Below are positions 1-10,227 of a stretch of 64,000 bases of DNA, one piece after another; positions within the stretch are counted from its first letter, which is position 1; every line of letters begins with the position of its first letter. The stretch covers positions 224,001 to 288,000 of the forward strand of contig CAWEPZ010000002.1 of NCBI GenBank assembly GCA_963811105.1, written 5' to 3'. This stretch comes from Candidatus Bathyarchaeota archaeon (GTDB taxonomy: Archaea > Thermoproteota > Bathyarchaeia > Bathyarchaeales > Bathycorpusculaceae). The translations under genes and the position numbers were made by a program. Under the pieces are notes generated by a model. It was not told where the DNA came from. It did not search any database and saw nothing but the letters and a program-made list of their open reading frames with translations.

Positions 1-551
1 ATGGTGCATTGGCTTAGCACAAAGAATGTCTGCGGAAATAGGGTGTCGTTTCATAGTTTTAGTTACAAAAGGTGAATCTCGAGTAAAGTTTTATAATGAA
101 TGCGGTTTCCAAGAAACCTCGATTGACCAAAAGAAAAAGAGTAGTGAAGAAGAAATGAAGATGATGTACTTCCAATTGTTTTAAACTCCATTATTATAGC
201 CAGAACATAAAGAGTAAGAAATTACTAAGCCCTAAGGCTGGTGCTCTAAAGGGCACCCTCCTTGCACCTAAGACTCTGTTTTTGCAATAAACAGCAAGCA
301 GCAACTAAAGTATTAAAAAATGAGAATTTCTATGCTTTATATCTCAACATTTAAACCTAGGGTATGTGTTCCAATTTTTCTTAGTGGGCTATGGTCTTCA
401 TCTCCTATGTCGCGAAAAGCGTTATTACCCAAAATCCCAGGTCCCGAATTCTCAGCAAAAAACCCCTACAATAGTATGTTCCTTATAGGGTATGTACGAT
501 TAAGTAGCATCAAAATTAGATAGAATCTTATTATGGAATTGGACAAATCTA

Positions 552-779
552 ATGCAGTACCCTTCTGCGGTCTTAACGACAAGTAAGGGTTTTGCTGTAG
601 CATCATCAGTAGGCCGAAGTGTTCATTTTGAATCCTATACATTAACTTCCCAACAATCTTCAAATCCTTCTCCCTCCGTTCCAGAGTTTTCTTGGTTGGT
701 TATTATACCGCTAATGGTTTCAATACTCTTCTATGCTTTGATACTCAGTCAACAAAGACCCACTAAACCAAAACAATAG
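552..779 (+). pseudogene. 3' fragment of a surface protein gene with a PEF-CTERM-type tail
   Basis: Ends SPSVPEFSWLVIIPL-TM-QRPTKPKQ; the upstream frame is closed by TAA at 501-503 and there is no signal peptide. Confidence 0.6.
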
Positions 780-1038
780 ACCTTTTCACACGGCAAGGTG
801 TATCCACTCTCTAACATGAGTTACTAAATTTTAATAAGAAACTTAAAACAAAATAGGTATTTGACTGAAAATGGCAAGGAAACTTTCTAAAGCAGACATA
901 GCTTTGATTTTTTTTACAGCTATCCTCTTGTTGTCCGTTTATGCCCAAATACAGTATCAAACACATATGTGGTCAGATACCGAACCTTCCTATGCCATTG
1001 ATGCTGACAAATTAACTGAGAAACCAGTAAAGTATTTT

Positions 1039-2191
1039 AGACCTTAGGCGTAATAGTGATGTTAACCCCTAAAATGGGCTTGTTTTAGGTAAAGTAGCAC
1101 AATTGGAAGCCATCATATTTAACAGACATATTTCCGCATGTTGAATAGGCTTATTTGTCCTTAAAGCTAACTTGCCGCCAGGGAAATATCTTGCTCAACT
1201 ACAAAACGCTATCAAGAAGGTCTTCCTTATTTCGATCCTTGACAGGAGTTGAAATCTCAGAATTCGACTCAATCTACTCTAAAGTGCAAACCAAATATGA
1301 TGAATACGAGTCGAAGAGGCTTTCAAGAGAGAACAGAAAACGCAAAGTAGGCGCTGGACACCCTTTCAAGCTACATCTTCAGGAGAGACTGCTTATGTTT
1401 CTGGTCTACTACAGGCTTTACACAACATCCGCGCTATTAGGCATCCTTTTTGACCTGGACCAGAGCAATGTACTCAAAGACATCCATAAACTTGAACCGC
1501 TCTTCAAAGAGGTTTTACCCATACCTAAGAAGCTGCATGAAAAAGTGAAACAACTACAAACAATAGAGGAAATCACGACGATGTTTCCGGAGCTGAAAGC
1601 TTTTGTAGACGCAACGGAACAAGAGATCCCCAGGCCGAAAGCCAAGAAGAAACGCAAAACGCACTACAGCGGCAAGAAGAAAAGGCACACCGTCAAGACC
1701 CAGCTAACCGTAAACGTAGACGGCTTGATAGTCCACCAGACACATCACGTTAAAGGTAGCATGCACGACTACTCTTTGTTTAAGCGCAGTCGCCCACATT
1801 TGCCAAATAATGTTCTTGGCGAAGGTGATCTGGGTTATTTGGGGGTGAAGAAGGATTATCCGCAACTGAACTTTGCGGTGCCTTTCAAGAGGAAAAGCCC
1901 TGGACGAGGCAAACGGGGTGTGGAAGCAGAAGAGCTTCCAGCTGAGCAGAAGGCGTTCAATAACATGCTCGCTAGGGAGCGGGTTGTCTCGGAGCATACG
2001 AATAGTCAGGTGAAAAAGTTTCTGATATGGGGAGGGGAATTCAGGAATCGCCTCAAACATTACAACGTTGCAACGGAGATAGTAAGCGGCATTGTTAACT
2101 TTCGCATAATGGGGACATTAACTGTCTGAAAAAACTTGGGAAAAGCCCAAAGTAAAGCCAAATCCACAAAAAGCAACAACGCCTAAGGTCT
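1039..2191 (+). mobile_element. IS5-family (ISL2-like) insertion sequence
   Basis: Perfect 13-bp TIRs AGACCTTAGGCGT (1039-1051) and ACGCCTAAGGTCT (2179-2191); TTT target duplication at 1036-1038 and 2192-2194. Confidence 0.9.
1155..2129 (+). CDS. DDE transposase (HTH_Tnp_4 + DDE_Tnp_4 type)
   Basis: Motifs FRSLTG, VDATEQEIPRP, HYSGKKKRHTVK, GDLGYLG, RVVSEH. Confidence 0.9.
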   Translation: MSLKLTCRQGNILLNYKTLSRRSSLFRSLTGVEISEFDSIYSKVQTKYDEYESKRLSRENRKRKVGAGHPFKLHLQERLLMFLVYYRLYTTSALLGILFDLDQSNVLKDIHKLEPLFKEVLPIPKKLHEKVKQLQTIEEITTMFPELKAFVDATEQEIPRPKAKKKRKTHYSGKKKRHTVKTQLTVNVDGLIVHQTHHVKGSMHDYSLFKRSRPHLPNNVLGEGDLGYLGVKKDYPQLNFAVPFKRKSPGRGKRGVEAEELPAEQKAFNNMLARERVVSEHTNSQVKKFLIWGGEFRNRLKHYNVATEIVSGIVNFRIMGTLTV

Positions 2192-2544
2192 TTTGTACTA
2201 TCAAACCCCGACCAGTATGTTCTCGAAGTCATAGACGGTGAAGAAAGCTATGTTTATGTTCATTATGACGATACCCAAATCGATGAACTAACAAGACAAT
2301 ACGGTACAAACAACATAGAATACAATGGCTCATACTACACAATCGGGATAGCCTTCGTAGATGCTTTCCCACCGTCAACTTTACCCCATATATTAGCTGG
2401 ATTCGTTATATCTATTTTTGCAATAATTATTTTATCGATTTTTCAGGTTGTAAAGCACTTCAAGCAACCAACAAAATAGACCTTTTCCCACCGTTGGGCG
2501 TATATCCCCACTCTTTCAGATTTTTTGTTTCCCTTAAGGCATTT

Positions 2545-2720
2545 CCAAAAAATGCTCTAAAAAATAATCTCTTTTCAAAATGCTTTAGAATCTTATTTAG
2601 AAAAGCTATGTTAAACAGTTTCAAAAAGGCTTAAGAATTATATTCTAAAATCTTTTCAAATCATTTCTGAAAGCTTTTTCTAAATTCCCTAAATTTCATG
2701 GAAAACAAGCTCAAAAACAA
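2545..2720. repeat. AT-rich degenerate tandem repeat with ~11-bp period (TTT.nAAA.GC-like)
   Basis: Successive units tttcaaaatgc/tttagaatctta/tttagaaaagc/.../tttcaaaaaggc/.../tttctgaaagc. Confidence 0.5.
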
Positions 2721-3134
2721 TTATGGCCTAATTTCATTCTTATGTGCATTATGTAAAAAGGGGCTTGTTTTAGGCTTTTTTAGCCATTTAAACTGTAGAA
2801 CACATATTCACTTGTCAATTCCGCTTCACAAGATGCCTTTAATTGGACCTTGATTTTACGTAAACCCACTGTATCAAGGAAAACCTATAAAAAAAAGTTC
2901 AGGTGAAAAATGAAATGAAAAATAAAAGCAAGGATTCAACAAAAAAGGAGCTAACCATAATCAACCGTGAAAATAGAATCATTTAACTTTGCATTAACAG
3001 CTTGAGATTGCATTAGCGATACTAGCACTAATACACCAATAAAACCGGATCATAATACGCGGCTCCCGTCGGCCCTTGCGTTTTTTTGAATAGGTCATGC
3101 CCCCTATCAGAATTGGCACGCACACCGGACGTGT

Positions 3135-4196
3135 TTAGGAAAAATTGTAGAAGCCGAAACCGTTGCAGTAAACGATTTCTTTTGTGTCTCCCCAAATGCC
3201 AACCTGGATGCCTGAGTAGCCTCCGATTTCCCCTCCCTTGAAGTAGAAGTAAAATTGCCAGTACGGATACAGCGTCAAGGGGTCACGAGAGATTTTGCTT
3301 GGGTTGTGAGAGGTTTCATTGCGGTACGGCACCATGGTGAAGTACATTTGGTAGATTGCGTCTGACAGGTCAGGAAGCGCAACTGTCTCGTTCCTGTACT
3401 CGTTGACTATGCGAAACTCAGTGTTCTGAGCAGTCTCCAACGCCAGCTGATATGCTTCCTCAGAATTAAGCGCGCTGGGACCGCTGACACTGTAGATGCG
3501 CCAGTTATCGGTGAATGAATCAAGAACGTTGTTGCGGAACGCTACGTCCACTCTTTTCCATGTCATGTGAACACCGTTTTCAGTGTAGATCCACTGGATC
3601 CGTGTTCTGTCTGCGTCCTTTGAAACCTGAAAGTTTACGTTTCCAACAGTAACGTTCGTGGGTGAGAGCTCCTTAACGGTATTAAGGATGGTTTGCATGG
3701 GCTCAAGATATGAGTTGTTTGTGGGATACAATCGATCAGCGTATGCCTGGTATCGTTGAAGCACGGTTTTGACCTGGCTGAGTAGATCATTTGCTGGTGC
3801 CTCCGAATAGATGGGGTTGCCACGCGGAGCTTCAAAGGTGAAAAGCACTATTTGCCCGTTGTAGAGGATGCTCATTGCATGAATCTTGCTTTCGTTGGCT
3901 TCGAAATCAAAGCTGCGGATTTCCTCTTTCACGAGACCGCAAAATTCGGGCGGGTAGCGGTACGTATTTGATGGATCCTGGGCGGTATTGTAACCAGGTG
4001 GAGGTAAGGGCGAGGTCAAAATGTATTTTGTGAGGTCAAGCCCAACAACACTGGATAAGAATTCGGTCGCCTTGTCTTCAGCCGTGAGTTCTATTGAACT
4101 CTCGGGAGGCACATCAACTGTCAAGACAGCAAATGCCGCAATAACTGCAGGAGCCAAGAAAGCGAGAACAATCAGTGCAACAACTCCTCTACGCAT
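3135..4196 (-). CDS. Secreted or N-terminally anchored hypothetical protein
   Basis: Long ORF; likely start MRRGVVALIVLAFL at 4196, downstream of the TATA box at 4231-4238. Confidence 0.75.
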   Translation of the reverse strand: MRRGVVALIVLAFLAPAVIAAFAVLTVDVPPESSIELTAEDKATEFLSSVVGLDLTKYILTSPLPPPGYNTAQDPSNTYRYPPEFCGLVKEEIRSFDFEANESKIHAMSILYNGQIVLFTFEAPRGNPIYSEAPANDLLSQVKTVLQRYQAYADRLYPTNNSYLEPMQTILNTVKELSPTNVTVGNVNFQVSKDADRTRIQWIYTENGVHMTWKRVDVAFRNNVLDSFTDNWRIYSVSGPSALNSEEAYQLALETAQNTEFRIVNEYRNETVALPDLSDAIYQMYFTMVPYRNETSHNPSKISRDPLTLYPYWQFYFYFKGGEIGGYSGIQVGIWGDTKEIVYCNGFGFYNFS

Positions 4197-4245
4197 GATT
4201 ATTCCATGCTTAACAACGGACGCCCAAGCGGATATAAGTGTTCTT

Positions 4246-4390
4246 GTCAAAGTTTCTCTTATGTAAGGAAACGATCCAAGGCCAATCCAAACAGACTTCC
4301 GACTACCTTTTTTACTCCACCTCATCCCTTCTTAAATTCCTATTATTCATGTATTTCAGACAACATTCTCTTATCAGCGAACCAAGTCGC
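4246..4390. repeat. ~145-bp duplicated segment, copy 1 (copy 2 at 20748-20890)
   Basis: Near-identical GTCAAA(G/C)TTTCTCTTATGTAAGGAAACGATCCAAGG...ACCAAGTCGC. Confidence 0.9.
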
Positions 4391-4483
4391 ACTACGGCTT
4401 CAGCTAACAGCCAAGGAAAACTCCATTCTTGACTAAGCAGATAAACTGCACCAGAGTTTAGAAGATATCCAAAGCTGCCCATC

Positions 4484-4770
4484 CTACTTTACCATGAATT
4501 CCTTCTCGTAAGTCCAAACAGCCCAAACAACATTCACAAGCTTACGAGCAACAATCTTAATCGCATCCCGACTATTGCCTTTCCTAACAGAAGCATCCTA
4601 AACACCTGCGCAAGATGGCCTTCAGGACAAAACATCACATGGGACCAAGCAGACTCAATAAAAATACACTTAAGCCAACAATCACCCCTAGCTTCCCGTC
4701 CAGCAAAAGAATGCTCACCCGACTGACTAATTCTCGGTACTAACTTAGCATAATGAGCAAAGCACGCTGA
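4484..4770 (-). pseudogene. IS110-family transposase C-terminal remnant
   Basis: Translates to FAHYAKLVPRISQSG...GDCWLKCIFIESAW, then after a frameshift AIKIVARKLVNVVWAVW. Confidence 0.75.
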
Positions 4771-5133
4771 TCTTTTTCATCAAATGCTGGAATACAACAT
4801 CAAGATATGGAAACCAACATTCCTAGAAAACCGCCTCGGTAACCCGTTGATTTACAAGACCTTTGACCAAGTCCTCATTCCATACTTCGGTAAAACTTTA
4901 GGTGCCTATTACGGCTTAACGCGCGGCGAAAAGAGCGAACAGTTAAAGCAGGCTGTTTGGCAGCTCAACATGCCTCAAACGACTACAAGAAAGAGTCCTC
5001 GCTTTAAGCCACCTCCCTTAAGTATGTTTAACTTGCCCTTAATTTTTGCGCAAAAAAACCATGCTCAAGTCAAGTTAGGCTTCGAAAGAGTGGCAATAGA
5101 AGAAAGAAAAGTAGCACTCTGAAGCTTAACTGA

Positions 5134-6186
5134 TTAACGATTACGCTTCCTAAAATGCCAAAACAAGCCAAATCCCACAACGGCAAAAAACGCCCCAGAA
5201 ACAGCTGCAACAACCGTTGTTGGAAAAGGCTCTGATTCTGCCTCCCCATTGAAGTATACAACCACATTGTGTACGCTGTGTGAATATATAATATCCAACA
5301 CCCATGATTGACTCGTTGATGCGATTGCGTATTCAGTTGGTTTGCCGTCTAAGAACATACTAACACCTTCAGGGTCAAATTCAGGGTCTTTTTCTAGAGT
5401 AATCTTAACGTAACCATTTGTTCCACTGAGACCCTCAGCAGAAAAACTAAGAATACGAGTACTCGCATTGAAATTCAACCCAGTTATAGTCGAATTTGAA
5501 GAAAACGCGGTAATGAAATCCCCAAACGATTTAACACCAAGATTAACGCTTACACTTGTCTCGGGATAGGTGGAATTTCCCATCCATGTTGCCTTAACCT
5601 GATAACTCCCATGCAATGGTTTCCAGACCGTCGAGTATTTACCATAACCATCAGTTTCCACTGACGCTATTTCATTCCACATGGCGTTCTCAATGTAGGT
5701 CTTGCTTGAAAGAACAATCCAAGCATTTGGCACGCCTATGCCATTATAGGTTAAATTTCCGCTAATCGCAACTTCTTGTTCAGTGTAGACTGAGTCACTG
5801 CTCAAAGAAATATGAACGGTGACAGGTGTTTGCTCCCTTACCTCTATTTCCATTTCGCTACTGCCTCCAGTCCCTTGAGCATCGTCAACAGTAACGCCAA
5901 CGCTATAAGTACCAGGTTTAGTATAAGTGTGGTTCACAGTGGCGCCAGTTGCGAAGGCGCCATCTCCAAAATTCCAACTGTAAGTGAAAGCACGTGGTTC
6001 GTGATTTTCGTTCCAGTATTGTTCCCACCATAAAGCGTCGAAACTGACAACATCTCCAACCCTTGGCGTAAGTGGAGAGTAAACAAATGAAGGAGTCGCA
6101 TGAACGATTTGCGCATTCACAGTAGACAGATGAGCTAGCGAAATTAATGAAAAAACCATTATGATTGCTAAAGCTGTTTTTTTCAT
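5134..6186 (-). CDS. PKD-domain surface protein with C-terminal TM anchor
   Basis: Signal peptide, YSWNFGDG...HTYTKPGTY PKD motif, EPFP-TM-RKRNR tail. Confidence 0.85.
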   Translation of the reverse strand: MKKTALAIIMVFSLISLAHLSTVNAQIVHATPSFVYSPLTPRVGDVVSFDALWWEQYWNENHEPRAFTYSWNFGDGAFATGATVNHTYTKPGTYSVGVTVDDAQGTGGSSEMEIEVREQTPVTVHISLSSDSVYTEQEVAISGNLTYNGIGVPNAWIVLSSKTYIENAMWNEIASVETDGYGKYSTVWKPLHGSYQVKATWMGNSTYPETSVSVNLGVKSFGDFITAFSSNSTITGLNFNASTRILSFSAEGLSGTNGYVKITLEKDPEFDPEGVSMFLDGKPTEYAIASTSQSWVLDIIYSHSVHNVVVYFNGEAESEPFPTTVVAAVSGAFFAVVGFGLFWHFRKRNR

Positions 6187-7265
6187 AGACTCTTGCTCCT
6201 CTGGCGTTTCTTGAAGTAGACTAACAAGCCAGCAAACGATATCGCTAAACTAAGCAGCAACGAAGTTGCCCATGAGGGAAACTCTGGAACTGTTGGAGAG
6301 GAAGTTGGACCAAAATTGGGCATAGTTGGGACTACTGTCGGAGTAGGGATTGTAACTGAAATTGGCAACATAATGGGGTTATTATCTTGGTTGTTTGCGT
6401 CTATGATGTATGGGGTATCACCGATGCCATCTCTATTGGCGTCTGTTCCGTTGTAGTCACTCCAATAATTTTCATTAATTATGTTGACGGACCTTGGATT
6501 TCCCCAAGTGAGATAATACGATTCATTGGCTGAAAACTGAATAGTATTGTTAACATAATTATTTTTGCATATGCTGTTATTGTTGGAACCATAGATGGAT
6601 GTTCCGAGTCCTGAGTTTGTTATGTTATTTCCAATTAATTTGTTGTTGTTTGAATATTGAAAATTAACAGCAGTGTCTTGACAGTTTTTTATTGTATTTT
6701 CTGTAATTGTGTTATTGTTGCTGTTTTGCCAAATCTGTACCCCTTCAACACATGATTCAATGTAGTTGTTTTTTACAGTATTTTCATTTGCGTAATTTAG
6801 TTGGATTGCTGATGAGAGTCCAATTGATTCAAAAGTATTTCCAGTTATTTGATTATTATTGCCAAATACTACTATGCCATGGGTTGCTTGTTTTATTTTG
6901 TTTCCTGAAATGTTGCAATAATTTGCCCCAAGTGAAATTCCGTCATAACCATCAAATATAGTCAAGCCTGTTACAGTCACATTATCTCTCTTCACCTTCA
7001 AGCCAGCTGTCACATCAATTACGGTTGCATCCCTATCTTCCCCAACCAATGAGACCGATTTGTCGACTACTGGATTTTCCACATAAGTGCCTCTCTTAAC
7101 GAATATTGTATCTCCAGCGTCTGCAGCGTTAATGGCTTCTTGAATAGTGGGGAAATCGTCTGGTACATTGATTGTTTTAGATTCAGCCTTCACGGGCAAA
7201 TATACAATGAAACATGAAGTTGCCAAGAAGACGAGAACAAATAGCAATGTAGCATTCTTTCTCAT
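6183..7265 (-). CDS. NosD/CASH beta-helix surface protein, PEF-CTERM-type tail
   Basis: VPDDFPTIQEAINAA, Asn-rich repeats, NYWSDY..D.DGIGDTPY, VPEFP-TM-KKR. Confidence 0.9.
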   Translation of the reverse strand: MRKNATLLFVLVFLATSCFIVYLPVKAESKTINVPDDFPTIQEAINAADAGDTIFVKRGTYVENPVVDKSVSLVGEDRDATVIDVTAGLKVKRDNVTVTGLTIFDGYDGISLGANYCNISGNKIKQATHGIVVFGNNNQITGNTFESIGLSSAIQLNYANENTVKNNYIESCVEGVQIWQNSNNNTITENTIKNCQDTAVNFQYSNNNKLIGNNITNSGLGTSIYGSNNNSICKNNYVNNTIQFSANESYYLTWGNPRSVNIINENYWSDYNGTDANRDGIGDTPYIIDANNQDNNPIMLPISVTIPTPTVVPTMPNFGPTSSPTVPEFPSWATSLLLSLAISFAGLLVYFKKRQRSKSL

Positions 7266-8182
7266 GTTTTAACTCCCGATTTCGGTCGGCGTTTTTTGAG
7301 GTAAATCAACAAACCAGCAACCACAACAACCGCCACAGAAACGGCGGCGATCAGAAAGGTTGGCAAAGGCTCTGGCTTTGATATAGTGAATGCAATAGTT
7401 TCTGAAGAGCCTACATTTCCAGCTTTATCTCTTGCATAAACTGTAACGTTATGCTCTCCATTCGATAAATCCGTTAGCATTGCATTCCAAGAGACTGTTA
7501 CGTTTTCTTGTCCATCAAGGCTATACGTGACCTGCGATACAGGTTCATCTACTGTAAAGTTTAACGGGATGTTACTCGTATCGAGTGTTTTGTTGACTGG
7601 CAACATAATTTCGATGAACACTGCTTTGGTGAAATTGACATTTGCCGAATCCGCATGCAATTCGATGCTTTCAACAGAGTTTGCCCAGTCATATCCACCT
7701 AGGTAAATGCTCTTCAACGTTCGAAGATAATAACTGGTTGCTTCACAGCTAACCTTAACGGTATGTCCCCCCGCTACCAAGGGAAGCGCAGTTGAGAAAT
7801 TCAGAGTTAACGTTGGAGACGTATCGAAGAGCGAATCTATGTCATGAAATTGAATGATTTGTAATCTGCCATCGACTAGGCAATAGACAGAGGTTATGTT
7901 CACAAAAGTTTCTGTTATCGGAGACCCATCCGCATGCGCACCCGCATTAAAGGCAAACCAACTTTCAGGTTTGATGATGCTAAAGTTCAGCCACACGTAA
8001 TTGTAAATCTGGTTTTGAACTGGTGAATGCATAACTATCGTGGGTAAGGTCGTAACAGGGTCCCTGAAGAAAGCAAATAGTGGTGCAGGATTAGCCGTTG
8101 ATAGATTGAACAACAACCCTCCTGATGCCGCTGAAAAAGTAAGTGCAAAGATGATTGTTAGTGCTACTGCTGTTTTCTTCAT
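7262..8182 (-). CDS. Ig-like domain surface protein
   Basis: Signal peptide, YSLDGQEN...GEHNVTVYARDKAGN, EPLP-TM-KKRR tail. Confidence 0.85.
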   Translation of the reverse strand: MKKTAVALTIIFALTFSAASGGLLFNLSTANPAPLFAFFRDPVTTLPTIVMHSPVQNQIYNYVWLNFSIIKPESWFAFNAGAHADGSPITETFVNITSVYCLVDGRLQIIQFHDIDSLFDTSPTLTLNFSTALPLVAGGHTVKVSCEATSYYLRTLKSIYLGGYDWANSVESIELHADSANVNFTKAVFIEIMLPVNKTLDTSNIPLNFTVDEPVSQVTYSLDGQENVTVSWNAMLTDLSNGEHNVTVYARDKAGNVGSSETIAFTISKPEPLPTFLIAAVSVAVVVVAGLLIYLKKRRPKSGVKT

Positions 8183-9484
8183 TCAGGACTTAACCTCAGG
8201 TTTGCGATTCTTGAAGTAGACCAATAAACCAGCGACCACAATCACTGCGGATGTTCCTGCAACGACAACAACAGTTGCGTTTGGAAAAGGTTCTGTTTCT
8301 TGAAGTTCTTGCAAACCTGAAGGGGATGGACTAGCTGAGGCGTATAGGTGTGATGATGGTTCTGGAGATACATATGAAGAAGGGCTTGGAGAAGGAATAA
8401 ATGAAGGCGAAGGTGAGGCTGACGGTGATGAGCTTTCTCCAATCTTGACTAGCCAAAGACCATTGGTTCCTCCAGATAAGTAGTATGGATTTACGCCTGT
8501 AAAAACGTAACCTCCATCATTAGCCGCTATTACTGAATTAATAAGGTTGCTTCCTGAGTAACCTGAGCTCCACTCTATTTTTCCGTTAGCGTCTGCTTTA
8601 ACGACATATCCGCTGTAGTCCATCGACATGGGTGCTGAGCTGGAAGTAGTGCCAGCAAAAATGTATCCCCCATCACGGGTCAACGCACCTGAATTGGTTG
8701 TATAATAGCTGTCATAACTGTTGCTCCATACGGTATTTCCTTGTATGTCTATCTTGACCAGTTGAGCGGGTTGAGACCCTACCAGCATGTAATTTCCGTC
8801 GCTGGTTTTGATTATGGAACTAACAGTTATACTCTTGTTCCATTGAGTGTTGCCCAGTGAATCGACTTTTATGAGGTACTTTCCGCCTAGAAGGTATCCG
8901 TCATCAATCGCTTCAGCAGCGCATCTCAGATAATAGGAGTCTCTGGGCTCAGCAAGTGTTCTGTTCCATTGTATGTTTCCGTTTTCATCAGTCTTAACAA
9001 TGAACCCGCTGTTACCAGGAACACAGCCTCCTGCTAGAAAGTATCCTCCATCTCTTGTTTGGAGAACCGAATTGAATTCAATAACATCGTTTGATCCGTA
9101 AAAGAAGCCTTTACTCCACTCCATGTTTCCAGCAGAATTAGTTTTCAGGAAATTGAAGCCTGCTCGAGACATGCAACCTAAAGCGTAGCCGCCATCTATC
9201 GTTTGAATAACAGATAACGCCCTGTAGGGTTGGTCAACCTCTCCATATGTTCTGCTCCATTCAATATCGCCTACAGAGTTAGTTTTGACCAGCACACTTT
9301 TTCCGTCAGATTTTCCCGCTATGGCGTATCCTCCGTCACTCGTTTGTATGACTGACTCTCCATCTCCATTCACCAACACTTTGTTCCATTGGGCTGGTGG
9401 CTCAGCGTTGACAAGATGTATCCCAACTACTGTTGTTAACAAAAATGCTGAAGCAAGCACTATTGTTATCGTTGTTATCTTCAT
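8183..9484 (-). CDS. Repeat-containing (beta-propeller-like) surface protein
   Basis: Repeats QTSDGGY..LVKT...G..EW, Ser/Pro linker, EPFP-TM-KNRK tail. Confidence 0.85.
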   Translation of the reverse strand: MKITTITIVLASAFLLTTVVGIHLVNAEPPAQWNKVLVNGDGESVIQTSDGGYAIAGKSDGKSVLVKTNSVGDIEWSRTYGEVDQPYRALSVIQTIDGGYALGCMSRAGFNFLKTNSAGNMEWSKGFFYGSNDVIEFNSVLQTRDGGYFLAGGCVPGNSGFIVKTDENGNIQWNRTLAEPRDSYYLRCAAEAIDDGYLLGGKYLIKVDSLGNTQWNKSITVSSIIKTSDGNYMLVGSQPAQLVKIDIQGNTVWSNSYDSYYTTNSGALTRDGGYIFAGTTSSSAPMSMDYSGYVVKADANGKIEWSSGYSGSNLINSVIAANDGGYVFTGVNPYYLSGGTNGLWLVKIGESSSPSASPSPSFIPSPSPSSYVSPEPSSHLYASASPSPSGLQELQETEPFPNATVVVVAGTSAVIVVAGLLVYFKNRKPEVKS

Positions 9485-9516
9485 GTCAGCACCCGTGCAA
9501 GGGTAGAATTTAGTCT

Positions 9517-9582
9517 GCTAAAAGGGTTCTCGTCAAGATTTCTTGACTAACTTAGAAATAAACTTAGTCAAACTTTCTTGAC
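9517..9582 (-). promoter_or_regulatory. Tandem GTCAA-N6-TTGAC dyads (19-bp spacer), 7 bp, TATA
   Basis: Boxes 9532-9547 and 9567-9582; TATA 9517-9524. Confidence 0.8.
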
Positions 9583-9642
9583 TGATTTTTTTCGATGCCT
9601 TCTGAAAAACTGTAAAGGTCACAATGGCGACGGTGGCTCTTG

Positions 9643-10227
9643 TTAATTTTGTGGGAACCCTGATGACAAGGGCACCGCACGTATATTCAGAACAGTTTTA
9701 TCCAACATTACCGTAACAACAAGACTCTTTTCAGCAAAAGAAACATCAAGACTACTCCTAATACCCGCTCCTATGACCTTAGATTCTTGGACGTGAAGAA
9801 CACCAAACTGCTGGGGCGAGGTCATCCCAACTTCATAATTCTGGTTGTCCCAAACGGTACCGTTAGATAGTACTTCAAATTTAAAAGTCAAACCTTCAAC
9901 ATCTCTAACTCCAACATTCTTGATTGTAATGGAAAAATCTTTAAACATAGCTACCCCTACTGGAACATACCAAGGCTCCGAAGTAATGTTTTCAATTGTT
10001 ACGTTATAAATTGGGTTTTGAAGTTCATGGATTTGAGTTTCCAGATTACTAACTTTAGTCTGAAGCATGTTGGTTGAGTTTTCGTAATATGTTAACTGAT
10101 TTTGAAGGTCAACGGACTGTTTCTGGGCATCGTTTATTTTTGTTTGAATAACCCATATTGAAGAAACCAAAACAGTTATGATGATTATTAATAGAATAGG
10201 AACTATTTCTTTCCGCATACCAATCAA
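9643..10227 (-). CDS. N-terminally anchored coiled-coil protein (paralog of 10224-10799)
   Basis: TM then coiled coil LQNQLTYYEN...LETQIHELQNP. Confidence 0.75.
   Translation of the reverse strand: MIGMRKEIVPILLIIIITVLVSSIWVIQTKINDAQKQSVDLQNQLTYYENSTNMLQTKVSNLETQIHELQNPIYNVTIENITSEPWYVPVGVAMFKDFSITIKNVGVRDVEGLTFKFEVLSNGTVWDNQNYEVGMTSPQQFGVLHVQESKVIGAGIRSSLDVSFAEKSLVVTVMLDKTVLNIRAVPLSSGFPQN

Larger units (their letters stand above)
871..2479 (+). pseudogene. Membrane/secreted protein gene interrupted by an IS5-like element
   Basis: ATG at 871 (MARKLSKADIALIFF...). Removing 1039-2194 rejoins the frame KPVKYF|VLSNPDQY...KQPTK, ending at TAG 2477-2479. Confidence 0.85.

Noticed and set aside
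3064-3076. TCCCGTCGGCCCT resembling a tRNA 3' end (possible att site)
   Set aside because: Only about 13 bp, an imperfect match to the tRNA-Lys end, and no T-loop or integrase nearby.
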